DNA from: Eledone cirrhosa | Lineage: Eukaryota | NCBI GenBank assembly: GCA_964016885.1 | Contig: OZ024741.1 | Location: 197,036,001 to 197,100,000, forward strand | Direction: 5' to 3' | Length of the DNA: 64,000 nucleotides | In this document: positions 13,610 through 25,205 of the stretch, piece after piece | Layout: every line of letters starts with the position of its first letter | Position numbering within the stretch: the first letter of the stretch is position 1 | The notes under the pieces: generated by a model | The model's input: only the letters and a program-made list of their open reading frames with translations | Databases searched by the model: none | What the model was told of the DNA's origin: nothing | Position numbers and translations under genes: made by a program

Positions 13610-14741
13610 TTATATTCTCAATAATGTCAGCAAAGCTTAAAGCAACTTATAAGGACTTATAATTAATTTGATTAAGAATATGAGAGATTAATCTCCTCTG
13701 GAACAGAATGGTAAACTATCATCAGTAATGTTCTTACAAGAATTTATGTTTACTGCCAATAAGTGCATGAAGTAAGGTGTGCAATGCTGCAATATACAAT
13801 AAAATGCTACTGATAGATTTGATGAATAAATTATATATTTTGCTAAAAGGAAGTACTAAAGATAAAATAAACATAAATGACTAGAATAAAATGGTTGAGT
13901 GAGTAACGTACTGAGATAGCAAGCTCACCAATACTGCATTCAGACTCATTTAGCACCAAGCCAGCTCTAATCAAACAAACCTATACTAAAAAACAGGGTC
14001 GGAAAGACTTCAGTTGTGTCAAAGACATGACACCCTTCATTGTGCTGGTGTCATGATAAAATGCATTTAGAGCACAGGATCATAAGTGAGATGTGGGTCC
14101 CCTGCCTGTCAGAGCAATCACTAGGGTGTGGGATAATTAATAAGAAAGATGCAGGTGCCCAGCCCATCTGTTGGGTCAGTAGCTCTGTTTGAGTATTGAC
14201 TAGTCTGTGGTAACCCATTCAACCCTCGCTAGTAAGGAAAGTAGATATTGAACGATGGTGATTTTAACTCTGACCATTCCATTTTTCTCAGTTTAAAACC
14301 ATATTACCAAAATGTCCTTTCTGTTTTAAATATGGTAGGGCATGACTTGAGAGTGATTTAGCTGTTATTTCTAGCAAGTGGAGCAACTGCATAGATGCAG
14401 ACTTGTTGGATTAGTATTTATTATTTAGCCCAAGGTCAGCTATAATTAAGTAGATCTAAGATCAAAGGTCTAACCATGACAATCTTGTATTTCATACAAG
14501 CATAGCATCACAATGTATCCTTTTTTAAAGTTGATGTGGTAAAATTTGAGATATTTCTAACAGGTCAAATAAGACTATAGATTCTTCTTTGTTGGTTAAG
14601 CAGATATGTTGCTGAGCATATAGGCAGTATACTTAATTTTAATGGGTTTCAGTTCACAGAGCTGTTGGAATTAGGAACTAAATTGTTTGGGGATGTTTGT
14701 TATCTGCAATAGACTAGCACACTATGCCAAGGAAGGTTTAC

Positions 14742-14792
14742 CTCTCAATACCATATAACTAAACACAACTCTGATGATAGTCATATCTTATT
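14742..14792 (-). other. Candidate 51-nt alternative (stop-containing) exon
   Basis: Strong acceptor (T)nAG and donor AG|gtaaac; stops in all three frames. Confidence 0.3.
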
Positions 14793-14968
14793 CTAAAAAA
14801 AAAAATCATAAATTAAAGCAACCAAACAAATAAGTCAGTCTGAGCAACAGACATTAACAGAAAAGCAACAAGGTGTAGCTTAACAAGAGGAGCAAAGAAG
14901 CATTTGAATGTGAAGTTGCTTCACGTCACAATAAGCCACAAAGGCCACTGCTTATCAGTTAAAGTTAC

Positions 14969-15022
14969 CTGTAATGTCATCCAAAGATCTTAATAGGCTG
15001 GAAGGTCTTGGTGTATATATAC
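14969..15022 (-). CDS. Candidate 54-nt internal exon ((G)IYTPRPSSLLRSLDDIT)
   Basis: Acceptor tttctttctcttaaatttgatttAG, donor CAG|gtaact; symmetric phase 1-1, the only stop-free frame. Confidence 0.55.
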
Positions 15023-15761
15023 CTAAATCAAATTTAAGAGAAAGAAATGCTAAATGGTAAACAAGGTGCCTTATTGGACTTCTGGATGACTTTATGCAAT
15101 TTAAGGCAAATAAAATATAAGAAACAATACAAATAAAGCAGGTATTTTAACTCAGTTAAAATGTGGTTCATTTTTACAGATTCCAGAAGAAAATTGTTAA
15201 CGAACTTAGTAGAAATGCATGTTAGATTAAAGTAGAAAACAAGGAATATTGATAATTATTTATGTAATTATTAATATATGTAATCATTTATACAGCAACA
15301 ATCCATTAGTGTTTAACAAATCATAAAAATGTAATTATTGTTTTGCTTGGTTCTATAATCTTTTATAGCTTGTTTTTCTGCAAATTGTACTTAATTGATA
15401 GAAACACTAAATGCCTCAAATCAAGTCAAGGCTAACTTTGCCTTTCGTCCTTTAGAGATTGATAGATAGAGTACCAATGAAGGACAGTGGATTGATGGAA
15501 TTCTTAAAGAATCAAATTGGATGATTTTATAGTATCTGATATGACTGTGTTCTGAGTTCAAATCTTTCTTTATTCTCTCAGGAGATATGACCAGCAGATA
15601 CTATTAGCAATGGAAAAATCAATGAAAACAGTTTCCTTGGTGTAGGCTGATAATTTTTATTAAAACAATTGGTTTTGTGGTTGGATGTTCCCACTACTTA
15701 GCATCAAGGGCTGATAAAATAAGTATCAGTAACATACGTGGATAAATTCAATGGACTAAAT

Positions 15762-16012
15762 AGAATTGAACCTGCTTTGTCAACACTCTGTAGCATAGTT
15801 GTGTATTTTGACTATGACATAACACGATGCATATAAGAATAAAGAAGAATTGAACTTGCTCTGTGAACAATCTGCAGCAGAGTCATGTGTTTTGTCTATG
15901 ACATACCAAGATGTATGTAAGACTAAAGTAGAATTGAACCTGCTTTCTCAATAATCTGCAGCAGAATTGCGTATTTTGTCTAGGATATAACATGATGCAT
16001 GTAAGAATAAAG
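15762..16012. repeat. 84-bp tandem repeat, 3 diverged units
   Basis: agaattgaac recurs at 15762, 15846 and 15930. Confidence 0.9.
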
Positions 16013-17178
16013 TTTGGACTCTTAACCATGTATTTAATACTCAACTATTTGCTTTATAAATCACAATAAGAAATAAAATGCATGTTTTAATTGAAAATGT
16101 ATATCATCCATTATTAATCATTACTTAGTTTGTTGTTTTAGAAATATTAATTTTGAATAAAAAATATTCAGAAAGATTTTAATTAAACTATAGCATGTTT
16201 CATTCTAATTTGATAACAAAAAACTAAGAAGATAGATTTTAGATACCATTATGTACAATATTTACTTTAAGGTTTCTTACAGAATTTACTATTAATTATA
16301 CAATTTAATTAATTAAAGGAGACTGTTAATTATATAAATGCATCTAACTTCTAAGGGAGGTGGAGCTTACAGAGGTGGTTGATGACCTAACTAAATGTGA
16401 TTCAGTATTTAGTTCCTTCCTTCTGAGTATAAATTCTGCCAGGGTTGATGTTCCTTTTCATTTCCCTAAGGTCAATAAAATGAGTACCAGTAATATACTT
16501 GAATCAATTCAATAAACTAATACAGAATTCATATTTTAACCATTTTGATACCAAACTGCCTGAACCACTCTTAGTTCTCTATGTAATTATATTTATTAAA
16601 AACCTTTCATTGTAATATGTAAAACCTTTGAGAAGTTATGTACAAAACACCAGCTTAATAATGAGAAAGTTATATAGCTAAATGCCTTCAAATTCTTTAT
16701 TATTTTAAAAATCATTGACAATATCTTTCATTAGAAATATAGTAATTAAACAAAATATAGTAATAAAACAAAAAAAGAAACCAATATATTTAAGTTCCTA
16801 AAAAATGATGAGCTGATTTCCATATTTTTAGTGGAGTGTTTTTGAAACTGTTAGATAAGAGCCCTACACACATCTTAGTGAGAACAAAAGCACATTACAA
16901 CATAAGAAGAGGCTGGGTAAATTTAGAGGTGGGTATATGAATTGGAGTATGCTGATAAAAGAATACATATGGGACATCAGAAAGCAAAGCAAGATCATCT
17001 ATGTGACATGACATTATTTGCTCATATCTTTCTCATCCATTTATTTGTGTCCTCTCCCCTCCGGTAGGATGTGAGAGCTATATATTAATATTTTGTTTAT
17101 AGTAAGGTAAATAAAAAAGGGAAAATGTATAGTAATGTAGCCCTGATTTTGTAAAATATGTTAAGGATATTAACATAC

Positions 17179-17199
17179 CGCAAATGAAATTTACAGAAG
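17179..17199 (-). CDS. Candidate 21-nt microexon (xSVNFIC(G))
   Basis: Pyrimidine tract ttttcttccttatctgtgttgtattAG, donor CG|gtatgt; phase 1-1, in frame with 14969-15022. Confidence 0.35.
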
Positions 17200-18749
17200 C
17201 TAATACAACACAGATAAGGAAGAAAACATTTATAAGAATTTCCCACATGTCTGCACACTACTCTTGATATTTCATACCATATTCACAGTAGCAAAGCTAG
17301 GTTGTTGGGGAAGGCAGCATTTTCAGCTTACTGCATTGTTTGTCCTATGGGGAGGGAGGGAGGAAAAAATTCAAGTATTGCTCAAGGAGTACATACTATA
17401 GCTAAAAACACTGAATATTCAGCCCCCTCCCATCTGCCCCAAAGCACACACACATGTATACTATTGATCTGCAAATGTATTTGTTAATGATATTTTGCTA
17501 CAATGATATCAATATTTGATAGTTGTATTGATAGGAGGGTTTGTGTGTTAGTAAATATTTAAATAACGCCATTAAAATAACAGAGTCCAGCAATAAGTAT
17601 TTGCAATTCATATGAAATAATACTGATTACAGTTAACTGACACTCTATGATGCCACTATATACAGGTTAGATATCCTAGTTAGTACACAAACAGCCACAT
17701 ACATATATATATACATACATTCACATGCATACGATTTACATATCACATCAAACCAACTGAGTACTTAGATGGATAGCCACTGGGAAACCTAGGTGCAGTA
17801 AGCATCTTTTAGGCCATGTGTATCCAGATTAGAATAGGTACACTGTATCACTGTGTGTTGTAAGAAGTGACTCATAGGGTTATTGTCAGGAAGGGCCTCA
17901 GGTCATAAAACACTCAAAAGATCCATCCAACCCATGCCAGCATGGAAAAGTCAACATAAAAAAAACTTGCATACATAAACATTAATTTACAAATATATGG
18001 GGCTGTTTACCACACTATGTTCTTGTTAAAACTCCACCCTCACCTCTTTGATATCCTCAGGTCCCTCTCCTATTCACTGTATCATGCTACCCTGTAACTA
18101 GGGATGTCAGTGGGTATCTCCTATACATAGCACTAAGCTACTTGTGTAAATGAGGGATGGCATTCTACCTGACTTTATCCAATCCCCCCCCCCTTCTACC
18201 AATCATAGTAATTTACTTGGCACTCACATCATGACAACTATGTATAACAAATTACATCAAATCTCTTTGTACTCAATGCACCCTTTCTGTGCTGCCAGCC
18301 CTCATTCCTCCTTCTCTCAGGACACTTGTTATCAACATTAATCTCTTTTGATTGCCCATCTCTATTACTACTTATCACTCAATTTTTTCCTTACCAGTAA
18401 CCATATAGCTGCCACCACTGTCTCTTTTCCATTAATCTCTACACTACCACTCTTTAACTCATATGACATGCATACTGTATATTCTATTCATTGTTTTGGT
18501 CACATTTGCTTTGAGATAGTGGAAACAATATTTGCTGGGTATATGACATTCTGTAAAGTGATTAGTGTTAGGGTGAGCATCCAGCCATAGAAACCATGTC
18601 AAAGATAGAACTCTTGCCCAACCCATGTCAATTGAAAAATAGATAAAAAGATGACATCCATAAACAGAAACATCCAGACATGTATATAAATATCTATGAT
18701 TGAGAGTGTGTGTCTGTGTGTGTGTATACATGCATGCATGTATATATGT

Positions 18750-18910
18750 TCAGCACTATGTGTCAATAATTGTCACAAGTGTAGTGTTTGTACCAGAGTT
18801 TTCAAGTCGCTGGCTGGACTAAAAAGTCACACTTGTATAGCGCATCGGTAGGGGTTCTCCTACATGGATATAAAGTAGTGGCCGTACTCGAAAACGAGTT
18901 GGCAGCCACC
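18750..18910 (+). mobile_element. BovB-type RTE 3' end (terminal C2H2 motif plus short UTR)
   Basis: Encodes CSVCTRVFKSLAGLKSH; UTR gtggccgtactcgaaaacgagttggcagccacc; near-identical copy at 59260-59419. Confidence 0.8.
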
Positions 18911-18934
18911 ATGTATATATGTATGTATGTATAT

Positions 18935-19500
18935 TTTGACCAATTGCTCAGTGGAGAGATTGTAAAGGCTCGGTGGAGAGATTGTAAAGACGAGGTGTTG
19001 AATTGAATTTTAGTCAAACTTTTCATCCAGATAGGTTGCTATATATCCTGTAGTTCCCATAATAATAGACATGAAAGTGAATGTGTATTTTGGGTACTGG
19101 ATCTGTAAACTCATCATCTATGATCCATAAATATCATCCATCTCTTGTATATTTCTTACAACATTAACATTAAGTAGACAATATCAGGTCAGTTCTGCTT
19201 TAATTTGGCAGTAGTTTTTATTTTTAGGTTCCAAAAATTATTCTTTTGTTTTTACATCTGTTTTTCCCAGTGCATTCCAGTTTGTTCTGTCTACCACATC
19301 ATGTCTCATGGGAATGTAGTAACAAGAAGACATTTTTCGTAGTTGGCAACAATGTGATAAATATTTTGGTCTTTGTTTTGCACAGCCTACTTTTATTGTC
19401 AGCTAATGATGTCCCTCTTTTATGCAGTAGGTTTTTGGTGGGGATTTCTTGCTCCTGGAATGCATGAGGCTATCGTTCAAGGTGAAATGTAGCCAGAGTG
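18935..19500 (-). mobile_element. R4/Dong-type (restriction-like endonuclease) non-LTR 3' fragment
   Basis: Frameshifted translation HAFQEQEIPTK...DNKSRLCK...HIV...YYIPMRHDVV (CCHC/RHD region), then ..FTFMSIIMGTTGYI. Confidence 0.75.
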
Positions 19501-19730
19501 AGAATGGTGTGTTAAATGTTAAGGGAGCTGTTAGCTGTTGGTAACAACACATCTCCTTCTCAGAGCAAACAGCAAATCATATGGTGTATGGTAGCTAAAT
19601 GTGGGCCTTGAATACAGAGGATTTGTGAAGATAGGAAAGAAATGAAGCATGCATGCTTCACTAGATGTGTGATATTGATTAGTGTGCATGAATGATGGAG
19701 TACTAATGAATTGAGAGAAAAGCTATATAT

Positions 19731-22700
19731 AAATAATCTTCTTGTATTTTAAAACCCCATTATTCGCTTATTATTACTGTTATATGCTTCCCCAATTATA
19801 CCCACCAAAATTCGAAGATTTCATTTAAAACCTCTCGCTAACTACCCCATTTGTTCTAAATAATCTTCTCTTTGCTAACTACCCCATACCCCTCCCTCCC
19901 GCCCCCACTCTCCACATTATTTGGACCAATCACAAGTCAACGGCCTATGCTATCACTTCTGGCCGCTTTTCGATATGATGGATGGACTAAGGAATTTCTG
20001 GAGAGTCTGAAGAATCTGGACACTCGATGACAATGCCAAAGATAACGACAAATTCACCTCATGCTGCCGGACGAAAGGGCAAGGCCCCCTCCTCTTTGTT
20101 TCGGCCGCGGATGGCCAACATAACCCCAACCCCATCCCCCTCACCCATCCCTGCGCCCCATCCTCCAAACACAATACAAAACTTCAGAGTTGGTACCATA
20201 AATGTAGGCACCTTAAAAGGCCGCTCTAATGAGGTTGTAGAAATGCTTAAACGTAAGGAGGTTGATGTTTGCTGTATCCATGAGACCAGGTGGAGAGGCG
20301 GGTCTGCTAGATTCATTGTGCCTGGTGCTATAAAAGACAGATTCTATGAGACACTGATGCTCACTACCTCCCAAATAACCGACAGTGACTATATAATTAT
20401 TGCTGGCGACCTAAATGGTCACGTTGTTCAACATTGTGACGGCTATGACGGAATCCACGGAGGCTATGGGTTTGGTACTAGAAATGAGGAAGGCTCCAGA
20501 ATCCTGGAATTCTGTGATGCAAATAACCTAACTATCTGTAACACTAACTTCAAAAAAACGAGACAATCACTTGATCACCTACAGATCAAGGGAACATACC
20601 AGCCAGGTAGATTATATCCTTACCAGAAGACGTGACAGAGTGTCTGTTGTAAACACTAAATCCCTCCCCCATGAAGAATGCACCTCCCAACATAGACTCA
20701 TAGTTAGTGACCTCATAGTCAGGATGAGACGTACTCGACAGCAGAAGAGGACTATCCTCAGGAGAAAAATATGGAAGCTAAAGGACCCCACAGCCAGAAA
20801 TAAATTTAAAAGCATATTACTTGATGCTTTCGACAGTAAGGAAGAGCAATTAGAGTCGTACAATATAGAGGAACAGTGGGAATTCCTGAAAGCAAACCTG
20901 CTGATGGCGGCAGACGAAGTCTGTGGCTGGAGCAGGCCTGTAGGCAGGAGGAGAGTAACATGGTGGTGGAACAGTAAGGTGGAGGAGTCAATTAAGGCCA
21001 AAAAGCAGGCTTGGAAAGTATGGCGGGTTGGGGGAAGTAGAGAAGACTATCAAGTGGCCAGGAGGGAAGCTAGGAGACAAGTGTACTTCTCAAGAAAGGA
21101 AGCAGAGGAAAGAAAGTTCAAGCATGTTCTACAACGTGAGGACCAAAAACGTGAGGTGTTCAGGATTGCTAGGCAATGTGTCAAGGAAAACCGTGATATT
21201 GTTGGGGAGAAGTGTGTACTTAATGATGATGGCATACTTGCCATCACTGACGCTGATAAGAAGGTAGCTTGGAAGTGTCACTACGAAAGGCTACTAAATG
21301 AGAGAAAGACAGTCTACCCCACATCGACCCAATAGAGGGACCAGCAGTGTTAGTCGAAGGTAGTATAATAAGTAAGGCAATCAAAGATATGAAGACGGGT
21401 AAGGCGGCTGGGCCTTCGGAAATAGTTGCTGAGATGCTGAAAGCCTCTGGAACGGTGGGACACACCATGGTCACCCGGATAGTAAACCAAGTCATACAGA
21501 ATGGGGTTGTTCCGAAGGACTGGCGTAGCAGCATCATCATTAACTGCTACAAGGGTAAAGGAGACGCCCTAGATAGGAGTAACTATAGAGGCATTAAATT
21601 AATCGACCAGGTCATGAAGGTCACGGAAAAAGTAATAGCGCAACTAATCAGAGAGAGAATCGATCTAGATGAAATGCAGTTCAGGTTTGTGTCAGGCAAA
21701 AGTACCACAGACGCTCTTTTCATTGTACGACAACTACAGGAGAAGTACCTAGCTAAAAGTAAACCCCTATACTTAGCTTTCGTCGACTTGGAGAAAGCCT
21801 TTGACAGAGTCCCCCGTTCCATTATCTGGTGGGCTCTTAGAAAACTAGGTGTTGATGAATGGCTTGTGAGAGCTATACAAGCCATGTATAAAGAAACAGT
21901 CAGCAAGGTTAGAATTAACAACGAATATAGTGAAGAGTTTAGCGTAAAAGTTGGTGTTCATCAGGGCTCTGTTCTTAGCCCCCTACTATTTATTATTGCC
22001 CTTCAGGCTATAACAGTGGAGTTCAAGACCAGCTGCCCATGGGAACTCCTACACGCAGATGATCTAACGCTCATAGCTGAATCAATGGCCGAGCTAGAGA
22101 AGAAATTCCAAACATGGAAGCACGGCCTAGAATCAAAAGGCCTTAAAATTAACCTGGCTAAGACTAAAGTTCTAGTTTGTAGGAAAGAAAATAAGGCGCC
22201 GGTCCCTTCTGGGAAATGGCCATGCTCAGTGTGTAGGAAAGGCGTAGATAGAAACTCCATTTTATGTCCCAAATGCAAAGTATGGGTGCATGAAAGATGT
22301 AGTGGGATCATAGGTAAGCTAACTAAGAACATAGATTTTACATGTGGCCGGTGCTCTGGTTCAATAAGTAGCAGCAAGTGCCCACAAAATACTAGCTCTT
22401 TCAATTGCGCAGAGGGTTCTATAGAAATAGTGGACAGCTTCCGTTACCTGGGTGACAAAATCAGCAGTGGTGGAGGGTGCTCTGAAAGTACAGTAGCTAG
22501 AGTCAGAACTGGATGGAAAAAGTTCAGAGAGCTTATACCACTATTAGCCGCTAAAGGGTCCTCCCTAAAAATGAAAGGCAGGCTGTATGATGCCTGCATA
22601 CGAACAGCAATGTTGCATGGCAGTGAGACCTGGGCATTGTGTGCAGAGGATATACGCAGACTAGAGAGGAACGAAGCTTGCATGCTCCGCTGGATGTGTA

Positions 22701-23390
22701 ATAGTAATATACGCGAACGGCAAAGCATAAACGAACTAAGGGAAAAATTAAAAATAAGAGGGATCAGATGTTGTTTACTCGAGAGAAGGCTACGTTGGTA
22801 TGGTCACGTAATGTGCATGAAAGACGACAGCTGTATAAAAAAGTGCAGGGCAATAAAGATAGACGGTAGCCACGGAGTAGGCAGACTCAGAAAAACCTGG
22901 GACGACCTGAAAAACACTGACCTCACACACTTACACCTCTCCAAGACAATGTCACTGGACCGAGATCTTTGGTGGCACTCAGTAATAGAGAAGACACGCC
23001 TTACCTAAATACAAAGTAAAACCTACAGTCAGTAGGCATCTCTAACAAAATACACCCCCGTCCCACCACCCCCACCCCATCCACACCGCCCCTTTCAATG
23101 TAAAGTTATGTTGGTGCCACAACATCCAGGCCAAAACAAATGAGATCGTGTAGGTGTCACGACAAAAAAACACACAGTCCACGCTGTTATGTGGCCGTGT
23201 AGGCAACACGGTAAAAACCTCCCAGTCCCACACTGTAAATGTGGTTGGTGTTAGGAAGGGCATCCAACTGTAGAAAACCCGCCAGACAGTCCTATGCGAG
23301 CAAGACAACCACTCTTGCCTCAAGTGGGAAAACTCCCGTCCAAACCCATGCAAGCGTGGAACATGGACGTTAAACGATGATGATGATGAT
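19731..23390 (+). mobile_element. Youngest RTE family A copy, near full length (5' UTR, EN with internal deletion, RT, PHD-like insert, 3' UTR, (GAT)n tail)
   Basis: ORFs 20027-20635, 20571-21335 and 21347-23008 are one ORF broken by two frameshifts; LHADDL at the catalytic motif. Boundaries are defined by the older RTE fragment it splits. Confidence 0.97.
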
Positions 23391-24539
23391 AAGAGGAATC
23401 AAATGTAGTGTGCAAGAGGGAACTTTGTACTGATATGGCTGTGATAGGTAAGGATCCTGACAGTTGTATTAAGATGTACTGAGAGCTTTAAAGAGAAGGG
23501 ACCTATGAAAGAGGGAGATTGAGGAAGATGTTGGTTAAAATGATGAAGATTGACTCCAAGACGCTGAACCTCATGAATAAGGGGACTGAGGACTTTGATG
23601 ACTATCAATGTATATTGGAGAAAATTCACCTCCTGATGCAGGCATAGTGAAATGCTTGTTAAGAGTGGTGGAGATGGAAGCTGGATGTATCAAGGCTCTC
23701 ACCAATTACACACCTCTTAAATCTCTACTTTATGCTGTAATCACCCATCTATCACCATCTTCTCTGAAAGACATCTGATCTGTTTGCATTCAATCACCTA
23801 TTATTTAATCATCATATTTTTCATGCCTCTACATCCTTTTCACCATCTCTACTACAACTACCACCACACCCATTATCATTATCACTATTTCACTCTCAAC
23901 TTCAATCCTATAGCTCTATCCATCACATTATTACTGTTACACTAATTGTTATAATTCTACCTCTTTTTACCATCATATATGTGTGTATGTGTCTGGCCAT
24001 ATCTGAGTTTGCATGTGTGTGTGTGAGTGTTTATATCCCATAACTTAACAGTTCAACAAAAAAGGATCAATAAAATAAGTAACATACTTGCAAAAGTACG
24101 TAATAAAGTCAAAATGATCGATTACATTAAGGCAGTGTTCCAGCATAGCTGCAGTTTAATGACTAAAACCAATAAAGGAATATACATTGAAGAGTTAGAT
24201 GTATTTTGTATTTTTAGGAAGTGAAACAATATTTACAAATGCTAAGTGCCATTGTTTCTATTTTAATTTATTAAGGATGAACATTTTATGGCAAACTATG
24301 ATTTAGTGTCCTACCTCTGACTATTTCCTCATAACAAGCATCATAATGCATATTTTCTGATGAAATTTTGCAGATAACAAATAAGTAGATGGAATTTAAT
24401 TAAACAAAATTTTTTTTTTCACAATTTATAGTTGTCAAAATGACATAATATGCCCATAGAAAATCCATGGCATATTGATATAGTATAATGAAAAAAATCT
24501 TCCTAGTTTATATTTAGCTTACAACTGTTTTATAAATAC

Positions 24540-25205
24540 TAAGCTCTGACATTAGAACCAACACTGATCTTGGATATTAGAACCACCACCAAACTCCTGT
24601 TACAACTACCTCTGTGCTGTCATTAGAACCACTGCTTAGGTGTGTGATTACAAATACTACTAGCTGTGTCATATAACAGTGATTACTGATATATCACTGT
24701 AACCAATACTGAGTTGATACATTACACATACAGCTGATGTATTTCATTACAACCACTATGGAGCTATTTCATTACAACACTCATGTAATTGCTGCAATAC
24801 AAACAGCACTGAGCTCAGCTCTCATTTCAGGAATTGCTGAGATGTCAATATGAACTCTACTTGCTGTGATATTAGAACCCACATATATTTACTTCAATAA
24901 AACCAGCAATGAGCTCAGCTCTTATTAGGATGACTGCTTTATATGTGTCATTATAAACACTACCATAGTAATAACAACTTAGATATCATTACAACCAAGA
25001 CCGAGCTGTCATTACAACCCACATATAATTGCTCCAATACAACCAATTAAGAACCACTGTTGATGTCTTACATTACAAACACCAATGAGCTGTGTTATTT
25101 AGCAATTGCTGATATGTCATTAGAAACACTACTGGTTGTCATTACAACCCTCATGTAATTGCTTCGATACAATCAGCACTGAGCTCAGCTCTATTATTAG
25201 AGTGA
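24540..25205. repeat. Degenerate ~21-bp minisatellite (ctgtcattacaaccactg-like) with recurring gagctcagctct
   Basis: Repeated cattacaacc/cattagaacc motifs throughout; gagctcagctct near 24811, 24911 and 25181. Confidence 0.8.

Noticed and set aside
15762-16012. 84-bp period suggests a C2H2 zinc-finger array or CRISPR
   Set aside because: The frames I translated have stops and no C-x2-C/H-x3-H pattern; whole units are homologous, so there are no unique spacers.
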